A DNA stretch of 64,000 nucleotides from Candidatus Latescibacterota bacterium (GTDB lineage Bacteria; Latescibacterota; CBDEFO01). This document shows, piece by piece, positions 11,094-21,333 of the stretch. The stretch spans positions 320,001 to 384,000 of the forward strand of contig OZ252149.1 in NCBI GenBank assembly GCA_965248755.1, read 5' to 3'. A program made the translations under genes and the position numbers. Numbering within the stretch: the stretch's first letter is position 1; each line of letters begins with the position of its first letter. The notes below the pieces were generated by a model. It did not search any database, had not been told where the DNA came from, and saw only the letters and a program-made list of their open reading frames with translations.

Positions 11094-11251
11094 TCTCGCT
11101 CCACGGGTCTCTGCCGCAGCGGCGGGTCAGCCGTAACTATTCCCACGCAGTTTGTGGAAGCGATTTAAAGGTTATACCCCCTGAAAAATGAGCTCTAAAC
11201 CAGAGCTGCTGGCAGTTGTTGTTTGTCTGAGCAATCCGCTGCACAATTTCA

Positions 11252-11280
11252 TTGACATCTGCAATCTTCTTTTGTATCTT
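11252..11280 (+). promoter_or_regulatory. sigma70-type promoter, copy 3 of repeated module
   Basis: TTGACA-17 nt-TATCTT. Confidence 0.65.
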
Positions 11281-11752
11281 ACAAGCGAAATGATCAGTAC
11301 CTAACCTATGTATCTTTCCTCTGGAACATAAGCTCCACATGGCCACAGAATCACTATATGTAGTCTGCTTGACAAAAGAGAGTCCGTAAAATAGCATGGA
11401 AAGTCTTATATTCACCTCTAATCGTGTTAGTCGCTTTGAACACGACTGCTTATGCGCAGCAAATAAGTGACCTAAGCGATTTCAACGGGTTTGCCAGAGA
11501 CGTAGTTGACTTCTGGGTTACTGGTTCTCTGTCAGGATCATCGACTCAGAAACTCCACAAAGTACGGGCCAGCGATTGGAAGTTGGTAAGATCCGTAGAT
11601 ATACCCTATTCTGTAGGTGTCGAGCAGCTATCAGGTGTTGCATATCGAAGGGGTGCCGCTCATCTCGCGGCCCGTTAGTTTCCCATGAATTGTGGCTTCA
11701 CTTCCGCCGATGAGAATAGCTAATTTTCATATCAGACGAAAAGGATGATTAC

Positions 11753-13318
11753 ATGAGTACACAGATGGATTTTACCTCAAAAGTCCCGCAGCGCATCTAC
11801 GCGACCGCACAAGATGAGCAGGTGAAACAACTAAAAACGGATGAGCTGATGATGCGATTCGCTGAGTCGCGCAAACGACTGTCCTCCGACCCCTACCGGC
11901 CGATCTATCATTACGTCAATCCCGAGGGGAAGCTGAACGATCCGAACGGGTTGTGTTACTGGCAGGGGCGGTATCACCTCTTTTACCAGGCCTACCCTCC
12001 GGAAGACCCGCGCCAGCACTGGGGCCACTCGGTCAGCGATGACCTGGTTCACTGGAAAGACCTGCCTCTGGCCATCTATCCGGGCATAGAACGCAGCTGT
12101 TTCAGCGGCAGCACTCTCGTGGAGGAAGACCGCGTCATCGCCATCTACCACGGCACGCGGGCGGGCAACATGGTCGCGGTGTCAGACGATCCCCTGCTCC
12201 TGAACTGGCAGAAAATCCCAGGCAACCCCGTTATCCCCCTGATACAGGCGGACGAAAAGGGACGGCCCTACCGTATTTACGACCCCTGCATCTGGAAGGA
12301 AAAGGACGGGTACTACTCGCTGTCAGGAACACTCAGGGACGGGATAGTCTTAAACGACTGCCGGATGGTGCAGCATCTGTTTTTTTCGCAGGATCTAAAA
12401 CGCTGGACATACCTCGGACCCTTTGTCGAGGGCGATATCTTCACCGAGCCTGGCGAGGACGGCGCTGTACCGTACTTCTGGCCGATCGGCGATAGGTACA
12501 TCCTGTTGTTCGCCAGCCACCTGCGCGGCTCACAGTATCTGCTCGGCGATTACGACGAGGTACATCACAGATTCAAACCCTACGCGCACGGCCGGTTCAA
12601 TTTTGGACCGATGGAACCCGGCGGCGTCCATGCCCCATCGGCCACACCTGATGGCACCGGAGGTGTGTACGTCATCTATAACATCAACAACGGAAAACCT
12701 ACCCAGGGCTGGGACCACATCATGTCTCTCGTGCGCCTGCTGACCCTGCGCGAGGACAAGAAGCTGGGCATCGAACCCGTCCCTGCGGTCGAATCACTCC
12801 GATTCGACCGCAAACACCTCGGCGAGACCTCCTTGCCCGCAAACCGGGAGATCGTGCTCGAGGGCATAGAAGGAAACGCCATGGAGCTCGCTGCCGAAAT
12901 TGATCCGAATGGCGCTCGGGAGGTCTGCGTCAATGTCCTGCGCTCACCAGACAGTGATGAGTATACAGCCATCAGATTCTACAGGCACGGCCACTTGACG
13001 GTGAACAGAGAGGATCAGGCAATCCAGCAGGACGCCCTTGTAATCGACACGTCCCGCTCTTCGCTATTGCCGGACGTGCTCGCGCGTTCACCTGAGGTGG
13101 CACCGTTCCTACTCGAAGCCGGGGAGCCCCTCAAGTTGCGGATCTTTATAGACAGGAGCGTGGTGGAAGTCTTCGCCAACGGCAGACAATGTCTCGCCCT
13201 CCGGGTATACCCCGAGCGTAAGGACAGCGTGGGAGTATCCATTCGTGCCCAGGGTCGCGATGCGTCCTTGCGCTCTCTGGAAGCGTGGCAGATGAAGAGC
13301 ATCTGGAGGCAGGAGTGA
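11753..13318 (+). CDS. Glycoside hydrolase family 32 protein (non-canonical catalytic motifs)
   Basis: RPIYH, LNDPNG, YHLFYQ, WGHSVSDDLVHW, FSGS, IDRSVVEVFANG. Confidence 0.9.
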   Translation: MSTQMDFTSKVPQRIYATAQDEQVKQLKTDELMMRFAESRKRLSSDPYRPIYHYVNPEGKLNDPNGLCYWQGRYHLFYQAYPPEDPRQHWGHSVSDDLVHWKDLPLAIYPGIERSCFSGSTLVEEDRVIAIYHGTRAGNMVAVSDDPLLLNWQKIPGNPVIPLIQADEKGRPYRIYDPCIWKEKDGYYSLSGTLRDGIVLNDCRMVQHLFFSQDLKRWTYLGPFVEGDIFTEPGEDGAVPYFWPIGDRYILLFASHLRGSQYLLGDYDEVHHRFKPYAHGRFNFGPMEPGGVHAPSATPDGTGGVYVIYNINNGKPTQGWDHIMSLVRLLTLREDKKLGIEPVPAVESLRFDRKHLGETSLPANREIVLEGIEGNAMELAAEIDPNGAREVCVNVLRSPDSDEYTAIRFYRHGHLTVNREDQAIQQDALVIDTSRSSLLPDVLARSPEVAPFLLEAGEPLKLRIFIDRSVVEVFANGRQCLALRVYPERKDSVGVSIRAQGRDASLRSLEAWQMKSIWRQE

Positions 13319-13339
13319 AACGCCCTTGGAGGACATTGA

Positions 13340-13830
13340 GAACCCACCACATCTATATCCCGCTATAGTTGCTGCTCTTTACAGGGACATGAGAAAGGGT
13401 GAGATCCTTAAACTCAAATTGGGAGGATGTAGACTGTAAGTAGAGAGTAAAAGTAGTCAAAAATAGAAAAGATCTTCGCACTGGAAACTGCGACAACCGC
13501 ACTATACCTCTGAAGCAGATTTTAGGGGAAACCTTACGCAAACATCCACAACATATTGCCAGCCCTATGTGTTCTACAGCGAGAAATTAGCTGCTGCCAT
13601 GAAGTGAGGAACTACTTTGCAGGTGCTCTGAGAAGGCAGGAATTACGAACTGTAAGCTCACGATATGAGGCGCAACCTCACCTCATGGGTTGTGATTTCT
13701 ACTTTTGACCTTGCCACAGTCAAAAAGCTCAAAGGACACAAACCAGATTGAGATGATACTACTCTAAGCCCATGTTGCTCCAGATCACCTGAGGGATTCG
13801 ATTGACAAACTAAAGCTTGGGGGTCACCAG
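13340..13830 (+). pseudogene. Tyrosine recombinase/phage integrase C-terminal remnant
   Basis: Across frameshifts it reads AALYRDMRKGEILKLK/WEDVD, RTIPL, HDMRR..SW, DLATVKKLKGHK, AHVAPDHLRDSIDKL. Confidence 0.8.
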
Positions 13831-13929
13831 AGAGACTCCAAGGAGAAAGAGGAGGCGTTTTGCTGAAAGCTGACTTCCTATAAGTGATTTATTTAAGTGA
13901 GATATATTTTAGATAGTTATCACAATATA

Positions 13930-13961
13930 AGAAAAGGCTGATCTCACAACGAGAACAGCCT
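13930..13961 (-). terminator. Probable intrinsic terminator
   Basis: Minus-strand hairpin AGGCTG-TTCTC..GAGAT-CAGCCT followed by TTTCTT. Confidence 0.5.
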
Positions 13962-14146
13962 CAACTTACTTCAAAATTTGGGACCATCGTACAGAAGCGG
14001 ATCACGCTTCTGCCTGGACCTCCGCGCACTGGAAGACGATGCAGGAAACAATCGCTCCGCCTGTAAGCGGCATCCCGCCCCCTTAGACCTTAATAAAGGA
14101 GGAGAACCTGCGATTACGTACCTTATCGGCAGGTTCTTGGAAATCT

Positions 14147-14842
14147 TTAATTCTGGTCCCCATCTGTTTCTACCGCTACAGACTGATCCCCGATAGGTTC
14201 AATCGGGGACTGACAACATCTAAAGCCTATCAGATCCAGCCTGTAATCTGGAGTCAGATATCTTACGTATCTGGCAGAACACGTCGCGAAGTTCACGTTT
14301 TGAAACCACGATCCCCCCTTGACCACACGCCATCCCTCCCTTGAAGAGTAGACCCCATCGACCCACTCCCACACATTCCCGCTCATATCATAGACACCGT
14401 AGTCGCTGACACATTCTTTCCACTTTCCTATCTTTGCAATACCCCTGTCGCGTCCCCAGTTTCCATCCACTTGATGGGGCGTATTGCACTTGTCTTCATC
14501 GAAACTGTTCCCATAAGGATACACGTGATTATTCATCCCGGTGCAAGCTCTTTCCCATTCCGCTTCGGAACATAGGCGTTTCCCTTTAGATTTACACTTA
14601 GCCTGAGCTTCGTACCAACTCACATTATAAAGTGGATATTCCCCCACGATATTTGGATACTCGTACCTGTCTATCTTGAAATTCTGGATCTGTACCATCC
14701 CGGAGTCCCTTTTCAAACCAGTCCGTGACTTGTTGCCATCCTCCCCGATAAAGCGGCCGTGCCGCTCATCTTGTGCATAGCAGGAGACTGCCAGACAAAC
14801 AAGATGCACCAGAATCATCCATCTTGAAAGAGCAGCCATCAT
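14147..14842 (-). CDS. Formylglycine-generating enzyme (FGE-sulfatase/SUMF1) domain protein, secreted
   Basis: VSWYEA, KRLCSEAEWERAC, YDMSGNVWEWV, IGFRCC. ATG 14842 behind GGAGG. Confidence 0.85.
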   Translation of the reverse strand: MMAALSRWMILVHLVCLAVSCYAQDERHGRFIGEDGNKSRTGLKRDSGMVQIQNFKIDRYEYPNIVGEYPLYNVSWYEAQAKCKSKGKRLCSEAEWERACTGMNNHVYPYGNSFDEDKCNTPHQVDGNWGRDRGIAKIGKWKECVSDYGVYDMSGNVWEWVDGVYSSREGWRVVKGGSWFQNVNFATCSARYVRYLTPDYRLDLIGFRCCQSPIEPIGDQSVAVETDGDQN

Positions 14843-14903
14843 CGCTTTTCCTCCTTGTTTCTCCCCAATGGAATCCCCGATTGAGTCTATCGGGGATTGG
14901 GCA

Positions 14904-17900
14904 TCAAGTAACGATCTCGAATTCCGATCCAGATCCAGCATTTTTTCTCACTTCAATCCTGACGGGAAAAGCCCGTTTCAACTCCTCTAAATGCGTAACC
15001 ACAAGTATCTTGTCGAAATCCTTACTTATCTTATCTATGGCTCCAACCAGATGTCCTAATCCCACCGAATCCTGCGTCCCGAAACCCTCATCTATCACTA
15101 AAGTCCGCAGCTTTGTTCCCGCCCTCCGGGCCAGAAGTTTTGACAGGGCTATCCTCAGCGCAAAGTTGGTCCTGAACGCCTCTCCCCCGCTGTAAAGCTC
15201 ATAATCCCTTTCCCCCAGCTCATCGCTGATCTTGATATCCAATGTCTCCCTTAATCCTCCTGATTTTAGACCCCTTTGAGACTCGATCGAGATATGCGTC
15301 TTATTATCTGTCAGTCTCGACAGTATATCGTTCGCCTCATCTTCAATTTCAGGGATAGCGTTCTCTATTATGAGAGCCTGAATCCCATCCTTTCCGAAGG
15401 CCCTTCTAAGCTTATCGTAAATATCCCTCTCCTCTTGTGCCTTCCTTAAAGACTCAGTAACCTCCTTTTTCTCCTCCTCAAGTTCAAGACACTTATCGTA
15501 CCTCGCCTGAGCGCTGCCCTGTTCTCCAAGGAGCTTCTCCCTATTTACTCTGGAATCCCGAAGCGTCTTTTCAATCCCTGAGATCTTCTCCTCCACATCT
15601 ACTATACCCGCTATCTCCACTTTCAAGCCTTTGATATTCCCTTTGGTCTCATCCTGTCTTTTGATCCTATCTTCAAATCTCTTCTCCAATATCTTCAGTA
15701 CCTCTTTTACCGCATCTATCTTATGCCGCGCATCCCTGAGCCTCTCAGCCTGTACGGGGGCCTGGCTTAGGCTATCCAACTCTAGCCTTATCTTTTCGTG
15801 CTCACGCTTGTCGTATTCGACCTTTTGGATCTCGTCCAAAACCCGCTCAAGTTCCTTCTGCTCCTTTTCGGCGTACTTTTTTTTATCTAGAGATATCTTG
15901 GCAGTCCTTATCTCCTCCTTTATCCCAGGTATCGCCTCCATCGCAACGTTATATCGCTCTAAAGTGGAATCCAGACGCGCCTTTTCTGCCTCAAAACCCC
16001 TCAACTTTTCCAGAGTCTCCCTGATCTCCTCGTGCTTTTGTGGGTTGTAACCCAATCCCTCAATTTGCCTTCTTACCCTCTCCAGATCCTCCCTCTCCTC
16101 TGGGGCAAAGTCCTCCTCATCTAGCCTCGTTCGCACAGCTTCCTCATTTTCTTTGAGCTCTGCTATCTTACCCTCAGCCTCGACTGCTTCGTTGAACAAA
16201 GCATCAGCCTGAGCCGCTCCGCTTCTGATCGAAGGCAGAGACTCTAAGACTTTCTTTGCCTCCCTATACTTTCTCCTAAGTTCCGTTCTTTCTTTCTCAT
16301 CCTCCTCTAACTCCCCCCGTATAACCCCAATCTCCCCCTTCACCTTTTCCATTTTCTCCTCCATCTTCCTTACGATATTCTCTCTTTTTTCCTCATCTAT
16401 ATGGCTTTCGCACAGCGGACAGGAAGCATCTTGGCTCTCCTTGATCAGATCCAGTTTATCGTTCTCCTCCGCTATCTCCTTCTCCAAATCCTGCATCCCC
16501 TTTATGTCTCCATCTATCTTGACGTTCAATTCGCTGCCCGTATCCCTTATACCGTCACTTTCACTTTCTAAACCCTCTAACCTTTCCAATTCCTGCCTGA
16601 TCTTTTCAAACCTACCTTTGAGATACTCTTGGGCCTCTGATTTACTACCCAATTCCGTAATCTGATTCCTTAAGGTCCCAAGCTCCACCTCGAAGCCGGA
16701 CTTAGCCTTCTCAATTTTTCTTTCAATCTCCAGTGCTGCCTTTTCCAGCTCATCCTGTCTCCCTCTCAAATCCTCCATCCCCTCATTCTCTTCCCTGGAA
16801 TTAATCAACTCTTGATACTTATTCTCAATCTCTTTTTCTCTCTTCAAAATCTCCTTTGCCTCATCTAAAACTTTTTCCTCTGAAGCGAGCCTCTCCTCCC
16901 ACAGATTCTTGCACTTTTCAACCTCATGTTTTGCCTCTTCGACCTTCCTAGCGACATCCGCTTTCCGAGATTCCAGATCTCTCAGCCTACCAAGTCTTTG
17001 GGTAAACTCTCTTTCCTGACCAATCAATCTATTGTACGTGGAGATATCTCTCTTAATCTCATCTTCTTTGCATATTATCTTCTCATATTCACCGATCTGA
17101 TCGCTGGATGAATCTATCTGTGCCTTTATGTCATCAATCTCGTCCCGGATTCTGTCAAGTTCAGATTCCAAATCCTCTACCTGCTCTCGCTTCCTTTCTA
17201 GATCCCCCTTTTTTTCCCGAAGTTCTGAAAACACCTTCTCCAGAGACTCAATACCTCTGGACAGCTCCGACAGTCTGACTGTCAGTCCGTCAATTTGTTC
17301 TTTATAAAGATCCTTGTGCGAAAGCTCCTCATTGATCCTTTGAGACTCCCTACAATAAGCTTCTATCTCATTATCCAACTTATTATAGTGAGACCTCGAC
17401 AGCTCCCAGAGAAGATCGTACTTGGAGAGACCCAGAATATCTGCCAGAATCTGTTTCCTCTCTGTCGGGGTCTTCCTCGTAAACTCATCAGCCCGTCCTT
17501 GAAGTATAAACGCAGAATTTATGAAGGTATCGTAATCTATCTTTAGAGCATCATCTATCTCCTCCTGTGTTCTTCTGAGAGACGACACATCGGAAAGGAC
17601 CCTGTATTTTCCCTTATCGTTATCATAGACCTGAAACTCCAAACTCGGATGGCCGCTCCCTTTGCCCCTCCTGAAGGATCTTATCACCCTGAATCTCTGC
17701 CCCTCAACATCGAACACAAAATCCACCCTCATCTCAGACGCACCGATCTTCAATAATCCTTCGTTTGCGCCCCTACTTCTGGATTTTCTGGCTTGGCCCC
17801 AGAGAGACCAGGTCATAGCATCTAAAAGCGCTGACTTTCCGTGACCATTCTCCCCAGAAAGGCACGCAACATGAAACCCTGTAAAATCTAAAGGGCGAAC

Positions 17901-17951
17901 ATCTTCCCCGTAACTCAGGAAATTTCTCAATGACAACTTAACAGGAATCAT
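14904..17951 (-). CDS. sbcC: SbcC/Rad50 SMC-family ATPase
   Basis: Walker A GENGHGKS, coiled coils, zinc hook CPLC, YSGGE signature, LVIDEGFG Walker B. Confidence 0.95.
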   Translation of the reverse strand: MIPVKLSLRNFLSYGEDVRPLDFTGFHVACLSGENGHGKSALLDAMTWSLWGQARKSRSRGANEGLLKIGASEMRVDFVFDVEGQRFRVIRSFRRGKGSGHPSLEFQVYDNDKGKYRVLSDVSSLRRTQEEIDDALKIDYDTFINSAFILQGRADEFTRKTPTERKQILADILGLSKYDLLWELSRSHYNKLDNEIEAYCRESQRINEELSHKDLYKEQIDGLTVRLSELSRGIESLEKVFSELREKKGDLERKREQVEDLESELDRIRDEIDDIKAQIDSSSDQIGEYEKIICKEDEIKRDISTYNRLIGQEREFTQRLGRLRDLESRKADVARKVEEAKHEVEKCKNLWEERLASEEKVLDEAKEILKREKEIENKYQELINSREENEGMEDLRGRQDELEKAALEIERKIEKAKSGFEVELGTLRNQITELGSKSEAQEYLKGRFEKIRQELERLEGLESESDGIRDTGSELNVKIDGDIKGMQDLEKEIAEENDKLDLIKESQDASCPLCESHIDEEKRENIVRKMEEKMEKVKGEIGVIRGELEEDEKERTELRRKYREAKKVLESLPSIRSGAAQADALFNEAVEAEGKIAELKENEEAVRTRLDEEDFAPEEREDLERVRRQIEGLGYNPQKHEEIRETLEKLRGFEAEKARLDSTLERYNVAMEAIPGIKEEIRTAKISLDKKKYAEKEQKELERVLDEIQKVEYDKREHEKIRLELDSLSQAPVQAERLRDARHKIDAVKEVLKILEKRFEDRIKRQDETKGNIKGLKVEIAGIVDVEEKISGIEKTLRDSRVNREKLLGEQGSAQARYDKCLELEEEKKEVTESLRKAQEERDIYDKLRRAFGKDGIQALIIENAIPEIEDEANDILSRLTDNKTHISIESQRGLKSGGLRETLDIKISDELGERDYELYSGGEAFRTNFALRIALSKLLARRAGTKLRTLVIDEGFGTQDSVGLGHLVGAIDKISKDFDKILVVTHLEELKRAFPVRIEVRKNAGSGSEFEIVT

Positions 17952-18172
17952 GGTGATATACTATCCCTTTAGCTTAGCAGTCGGTAAGATTAAACAAGCA
18001 GAAAATAGCACATTTGAAGGGGTCAGCGCACTTCCTGCCTTGCAGGAGAGTGCAGGCAACAAGCCACGAAGTGGTCGCCCCGAGGGCTGGGTAACCCAAC
18101 CCCTGCACTACGCAGTATACGGAGTGAGAAGGTACCCTGTCTACCCCCGATTGAATCTATCCCCGAGTGAAC

Positions 18173-19531
18173 CTATCGGGGGCTGCTGTCTACATTTTCA
18201 CCCTGTCTTTCAAGCTGATCCTCTAACTGGGCGGCGTATTTTTTTAATTCCTTACGAAAAGGTTCAAACTCAGGAGTGTTGTCAATGTACTTATCCAGAG
18301 CCTCGTCGACGCCTAACTCCTCGGACACCTCAGACCTCCTGATCCTCTCAGGGATCTCAACTTTCGGAATGATCCCTACAACGTAGAAAGCTCCAGTATC
18401 TCTTAAAGCCTTATCTATCGCCCTATAATCCACAGAACCTATGACGTCCTCGTACACAGTGTAAAGAACCCTCACAACAGCATCCTTAAGGTCGTTCTTT
18501 TTTATCTCTCTTAAGATAATCTGAGTCGGGTCTTCTCCCTTTTTCACCTCAGATATTATGGTTATAAAGGGTCTTGCGGGAGTCTCTATAAACTCGTATC
18601 TCACCTCCCTTTCCAAAGGTCTGTTATCTTTCTTCGCACACGCAACCTCCGAAAAAAGAGAAAGATTCTCATCCTCCGATTCAGTCCTGACGCCAGGCCC
18701 TTCGCTCTTATCTTTTATAGTCACCAGACAGAATCCCTTTTCCTCCTTCTCCTCGCCGAAGTCCACGCGCTCGACGCTCCCCGGATACACAACGTAGGGC
18801 CTTCCCCGTGGATTCAAATCCTGGAATTTGTGTATGTGCCCCAAAGCCACGTAATCGAACTGACTATTTGTCAGAACACTCGTCAAGAGCGTAGGATCTC
18901 TTCCTATCACCGCAGTCCTTTCGGATTTCGAATATTCCGCGTCAGCCGCAGTCACGTGAGCCAAGAGCACAGATGGAATTCTCTTGTCCAATTCATCACC
19001 AAATTTCTCAACAATGTCCGCGCAAATGCTCTCAATCTTCCTGGTAATCTCAAAAGCAGACAGCCCACTATATTCGTCCTTTGTCATAAGACGGCTCTGA
19101 GTGGGCCAAGGCAGACACGCGACCTGAATAGGCCCGGACTTTGTCTCGATATTAAAGATTCTTGGACCGGTCGCCACAGACACCTTTGAAATCCCCAAAG
19201 TCCCAAAAATATCAATAGAAGTCGCCCTCCCAAAGGCTCCAGGAATATCATGATTCCCCACGACCATCACAAAAGGAACGCCTGCACCGCTGAACTTCTT
19301 AACAAACGAAGCAAAGATCCTTTGATGAGTCGGACTGGGATGGCAGTTCTTATAAGCATCTCCCGAAAAGGCCACCAGATCGATCTCCTCCTCCATGCCC
19401 TTCTCATACACAAAATCCAGGCACTTTTCAAAGTCCTGCGTCCTGGTATGGAGACCCGTAGAAGGATCTATCAGCCCGTGATTTTCTACGCCGATGTGAA
19501 TATCGGCAGTGTGGAGAAACTTTATTTGCAT
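18173..19531 (-). CDS. sbcD: SbcD/Mre11 nuclease
   Basis: HTADIHIG, GD, GNHD, ALGHIH, YPGS metallophosphoesterase motifs; adjacent to sbcC. Confidence 0.95.
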   Translation of the reverse strand: MQIKFLHTADIHIGVENHGLIDPSTGLHTRTQDFEKCLDFVYEKGMEEEIDLVAFSGDAYKNCHPSPTHQRIFASFVKKFSGAGVPFVMVVGNHDIPGAFGRATSIDIFGTLGISKVSVATGPRIFNIETKSGPIQVACLPWPTQSRLMTKDEYSGLSAFEITRKIESICADIVEKFGDELDKRIPSVLLAHVTAADAEYSKSERTAVIGRDPTLLTSVLTNSQFDYVALGHIHKFQDLNPRGRPYVVYPGSVERVDFGEEKEEKGFCLVTIKDKSEGPGVRTESEDENLSLFSEVACAKKDNRPLEREVRYEFIETPARPFITIISEVKKGEDPTQIILREIKKNDLKDAVVRVLYTVYEDVIGSVDYRAIDKALRDTGAFYVVGIIPKVEIPERIRRSEVSEELGVDEALDKYIDNTPEFEPFRKELKKYAAQLEDQLERQGENVDSSPR

Positions 19532-19544
19532 TTGTAATAGATCC

Positions 19545-20303
19545 TCAGCTAAGACCTAGAAGCCTTAAGGCATTTTCTCCTAACACCTTGTGTCTTGCCT
19601 TATCAGATATATCAGCGGTCATAACCCTCCCTAAATGTATCCTCGGATCCATAAGAGGCATGTCAGACCCAAACAACACTCGGTCCTCCCCCGCTCCGTT
19701 AACGAGGAATTCCACAGACCCGAAAGTGCTGTAAGACGAACATAACTCAAGATAGATATTTGAACACTTTCTCGCCGCCTCTATCGCCTCAATTCTACCT
19801 GGGGGAGTCACGCCCGCATGTCCCAACACCCACTTTACATTCTTGTATTTCTGGGCCAACGGCACGAAGAAAGACGGATTACTGGGACCGCCAGTAACAT
19901 CTGTGTGCGATATAATCGTTAAACCCCTTTCATTTGCAAACTTGAATATCCCTTCCCATGCGGGATCCTCCGCTGACCTCCCAAAATACGGAGGATATAT
20001 CTTTATCGCCCTCATTTTGAGTTTATCGATCGCCCTAAGTAGCTCGTTTTCCACCTCCTCAGGGTAGTACGGAGTCACGAAAGCAAAGCCTACGAACCTG
20101 TCCGGATAGCGCTCCACAGCTTTGGCTACTTCATCGTTCCCGAAACTCGCATTCCCCCGGTGGATGTTAAAGAGACACGCCATATCTACCCCGGCAGAAT
20201 CCATAACCCTTATCAAATCCTCCAGATCGTCGTACATACACAAGCGCTGGCAGGGGCCTATGTGACAGTGAAAATCTACGACCTTAGCTCCATCAATCAC
20301 CAT
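19545..20303 (-). CDS. Amidohydrolase_2 family protein, copy A
   Basis: DFHCH, VLGHAG, LFGSDMP. Confidence 0.9.
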   Translation of the reverse strand: MVIDGAKVVDFHCHIGPCQRLCMYDDLEDLIRVMDSAGVDMACLFNIHRGNASFGNDEVAKAVERYPDRFVGFAFVTPYYPEEVENELLRAIDKLKMRAIKIYPPYFGRSAEDPAWEGIFKFANERGLTIISHTDVTGGPSNPSFFVPLAQKYKNVKWVLGHAGVTPPGRIEAIEAARKCSNIYLELCSSYSTFGSVEFLVNGAGEDRVLFGSDMPLMDPRIHLGRVMTADISDKARHKVLGENALRLLGLS

Positions 20304-20537
20304 TTAGAAGAACCTCCAGAATATCCCGGCGGATAGCCCTCAAAACGTTATCAGATAGCCCGCAGTTGTTCAGATAATAAAGATACGCCCCTCCGTCCAT
20401 CTCAGGGAAGCCCGACCCGAATATTAACCTTTGGGAACCGAAACTGCTGACAAATCTTTCGACAGGTACCATAACGTAATACCGTGAAAGCTGCACGTAG
20501 AGATTCGGTAAATGCTCCATCATTCCAATAATCACAA
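20293..20537 (-). pseudogene. Duplicated 3' fragment of the 21323-22060 amidohydrolase-like gene
   Basis: Near-identical to the C-terminal ~80 aa of 21323..22060. Confidence 0.85.
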
Positions 20538-20574
20538 AGTGTGGAGAAATTTTATTTGCATTGTTAATAGATCC

Positions 20575-21333
20575 TCAGCTAAGACCTAGAAGCCTTAAGG
20601 CATTTTCTCCCAATACCTTGTGTCTTGTCTCCTCAGATATATCAGCGGTCATAACTCTCCCTAAATGTATCCTCGGATCCATAAGAGGCATGTCAGACCC
20701 AAACAACACTCGGTCCTCCCCCGCTCCGTTAACAAGGAATTCCACAGAGCCGAAAGTGCTGTAAGACGAACATATCTCAAGATAGATATTTGAACACTTT
20801 CTCGCCGCCTCTATCGCCTCAATTCTCCCTGGGGGAGTCACACCCGCATGTCCCAACACCAACTTTACATTCTTATATTTCTGGGCTAACGGCACGAAGA
20901 AAGACGGATTACTGGGACCTCCAGTAACATCTGTGTGCGATATAATCGTTAAACCCCTTTCATTTGCAAACTTGAATATCCCTTCCCATGCGGGATCCTC
21001 CACAGTCCTCCCAAAATACGGAGGATATATCTTTATCGCCCTCATTTTGAGTTTATCTATCGCCCTAAGTAACTCGTTTTCCACCTCCTCAGGGTAGTAC
21101 GGAGTCACGAAAGCAAAGCCTATGAACCTGTCCGGATAGCGCTCCACAGCTTTGGCTACTTCATCGTTCCCGAAACTCGCATTCCCCCGGAAGATGTTAA
21201 AGAGACACACCATATCTACCCCGGCAGAATCCATAACCCTTATCATATCCTCCAGATCGTCGTACATACACAAGCGCTGCCAGGTGCCTATGTGACAGTG
21301 AAAATCTATGACCTTAGCTCCGTTAATCGCCAT
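20575..21333 (-). CDS. Amidohydrolase_2 family protein, copy B
   Basis: DFHCH, VLGHAG, LFGSDMP. Confidence 0.9.
   Translation of the reverse strand: MAINGAKVIDFHCHIGTWQRLCMYDDLEDMIRVMDSAGVDMVCLFNIFRGNASFGNDEVAKAVERYPDRFIGFAFVTPYYPEEVENELLRAIDKLKMRAIKIYPPYFGRTVEDPAWEGIFKFANERGLTIISHTDVTGGPSNPSFFVPLAQKYKNVKLVLGHAGVTPPGRIEAIEAARKCSNIYLEICSSYSTFGSVEFLVNGAGEDRVLFGSDMPLMDPRIHLGRVMTADISEETRHKVLGENALRLLGLS

Noticed and set aside
13980..14090. tRNA, SRP RNA or cobalamin riboswitch
   Set aside because: No T-loop/anticodon layout, no SRP GGAA-loop motif, and the B12-like words are in the wrong order.
14904..19531. SMC-based defence system (Wadjet/Lamassu)
   Set aside because: Zinc hook plus adjacent Mre11-type nuclease indicate ordinary SbcCD.
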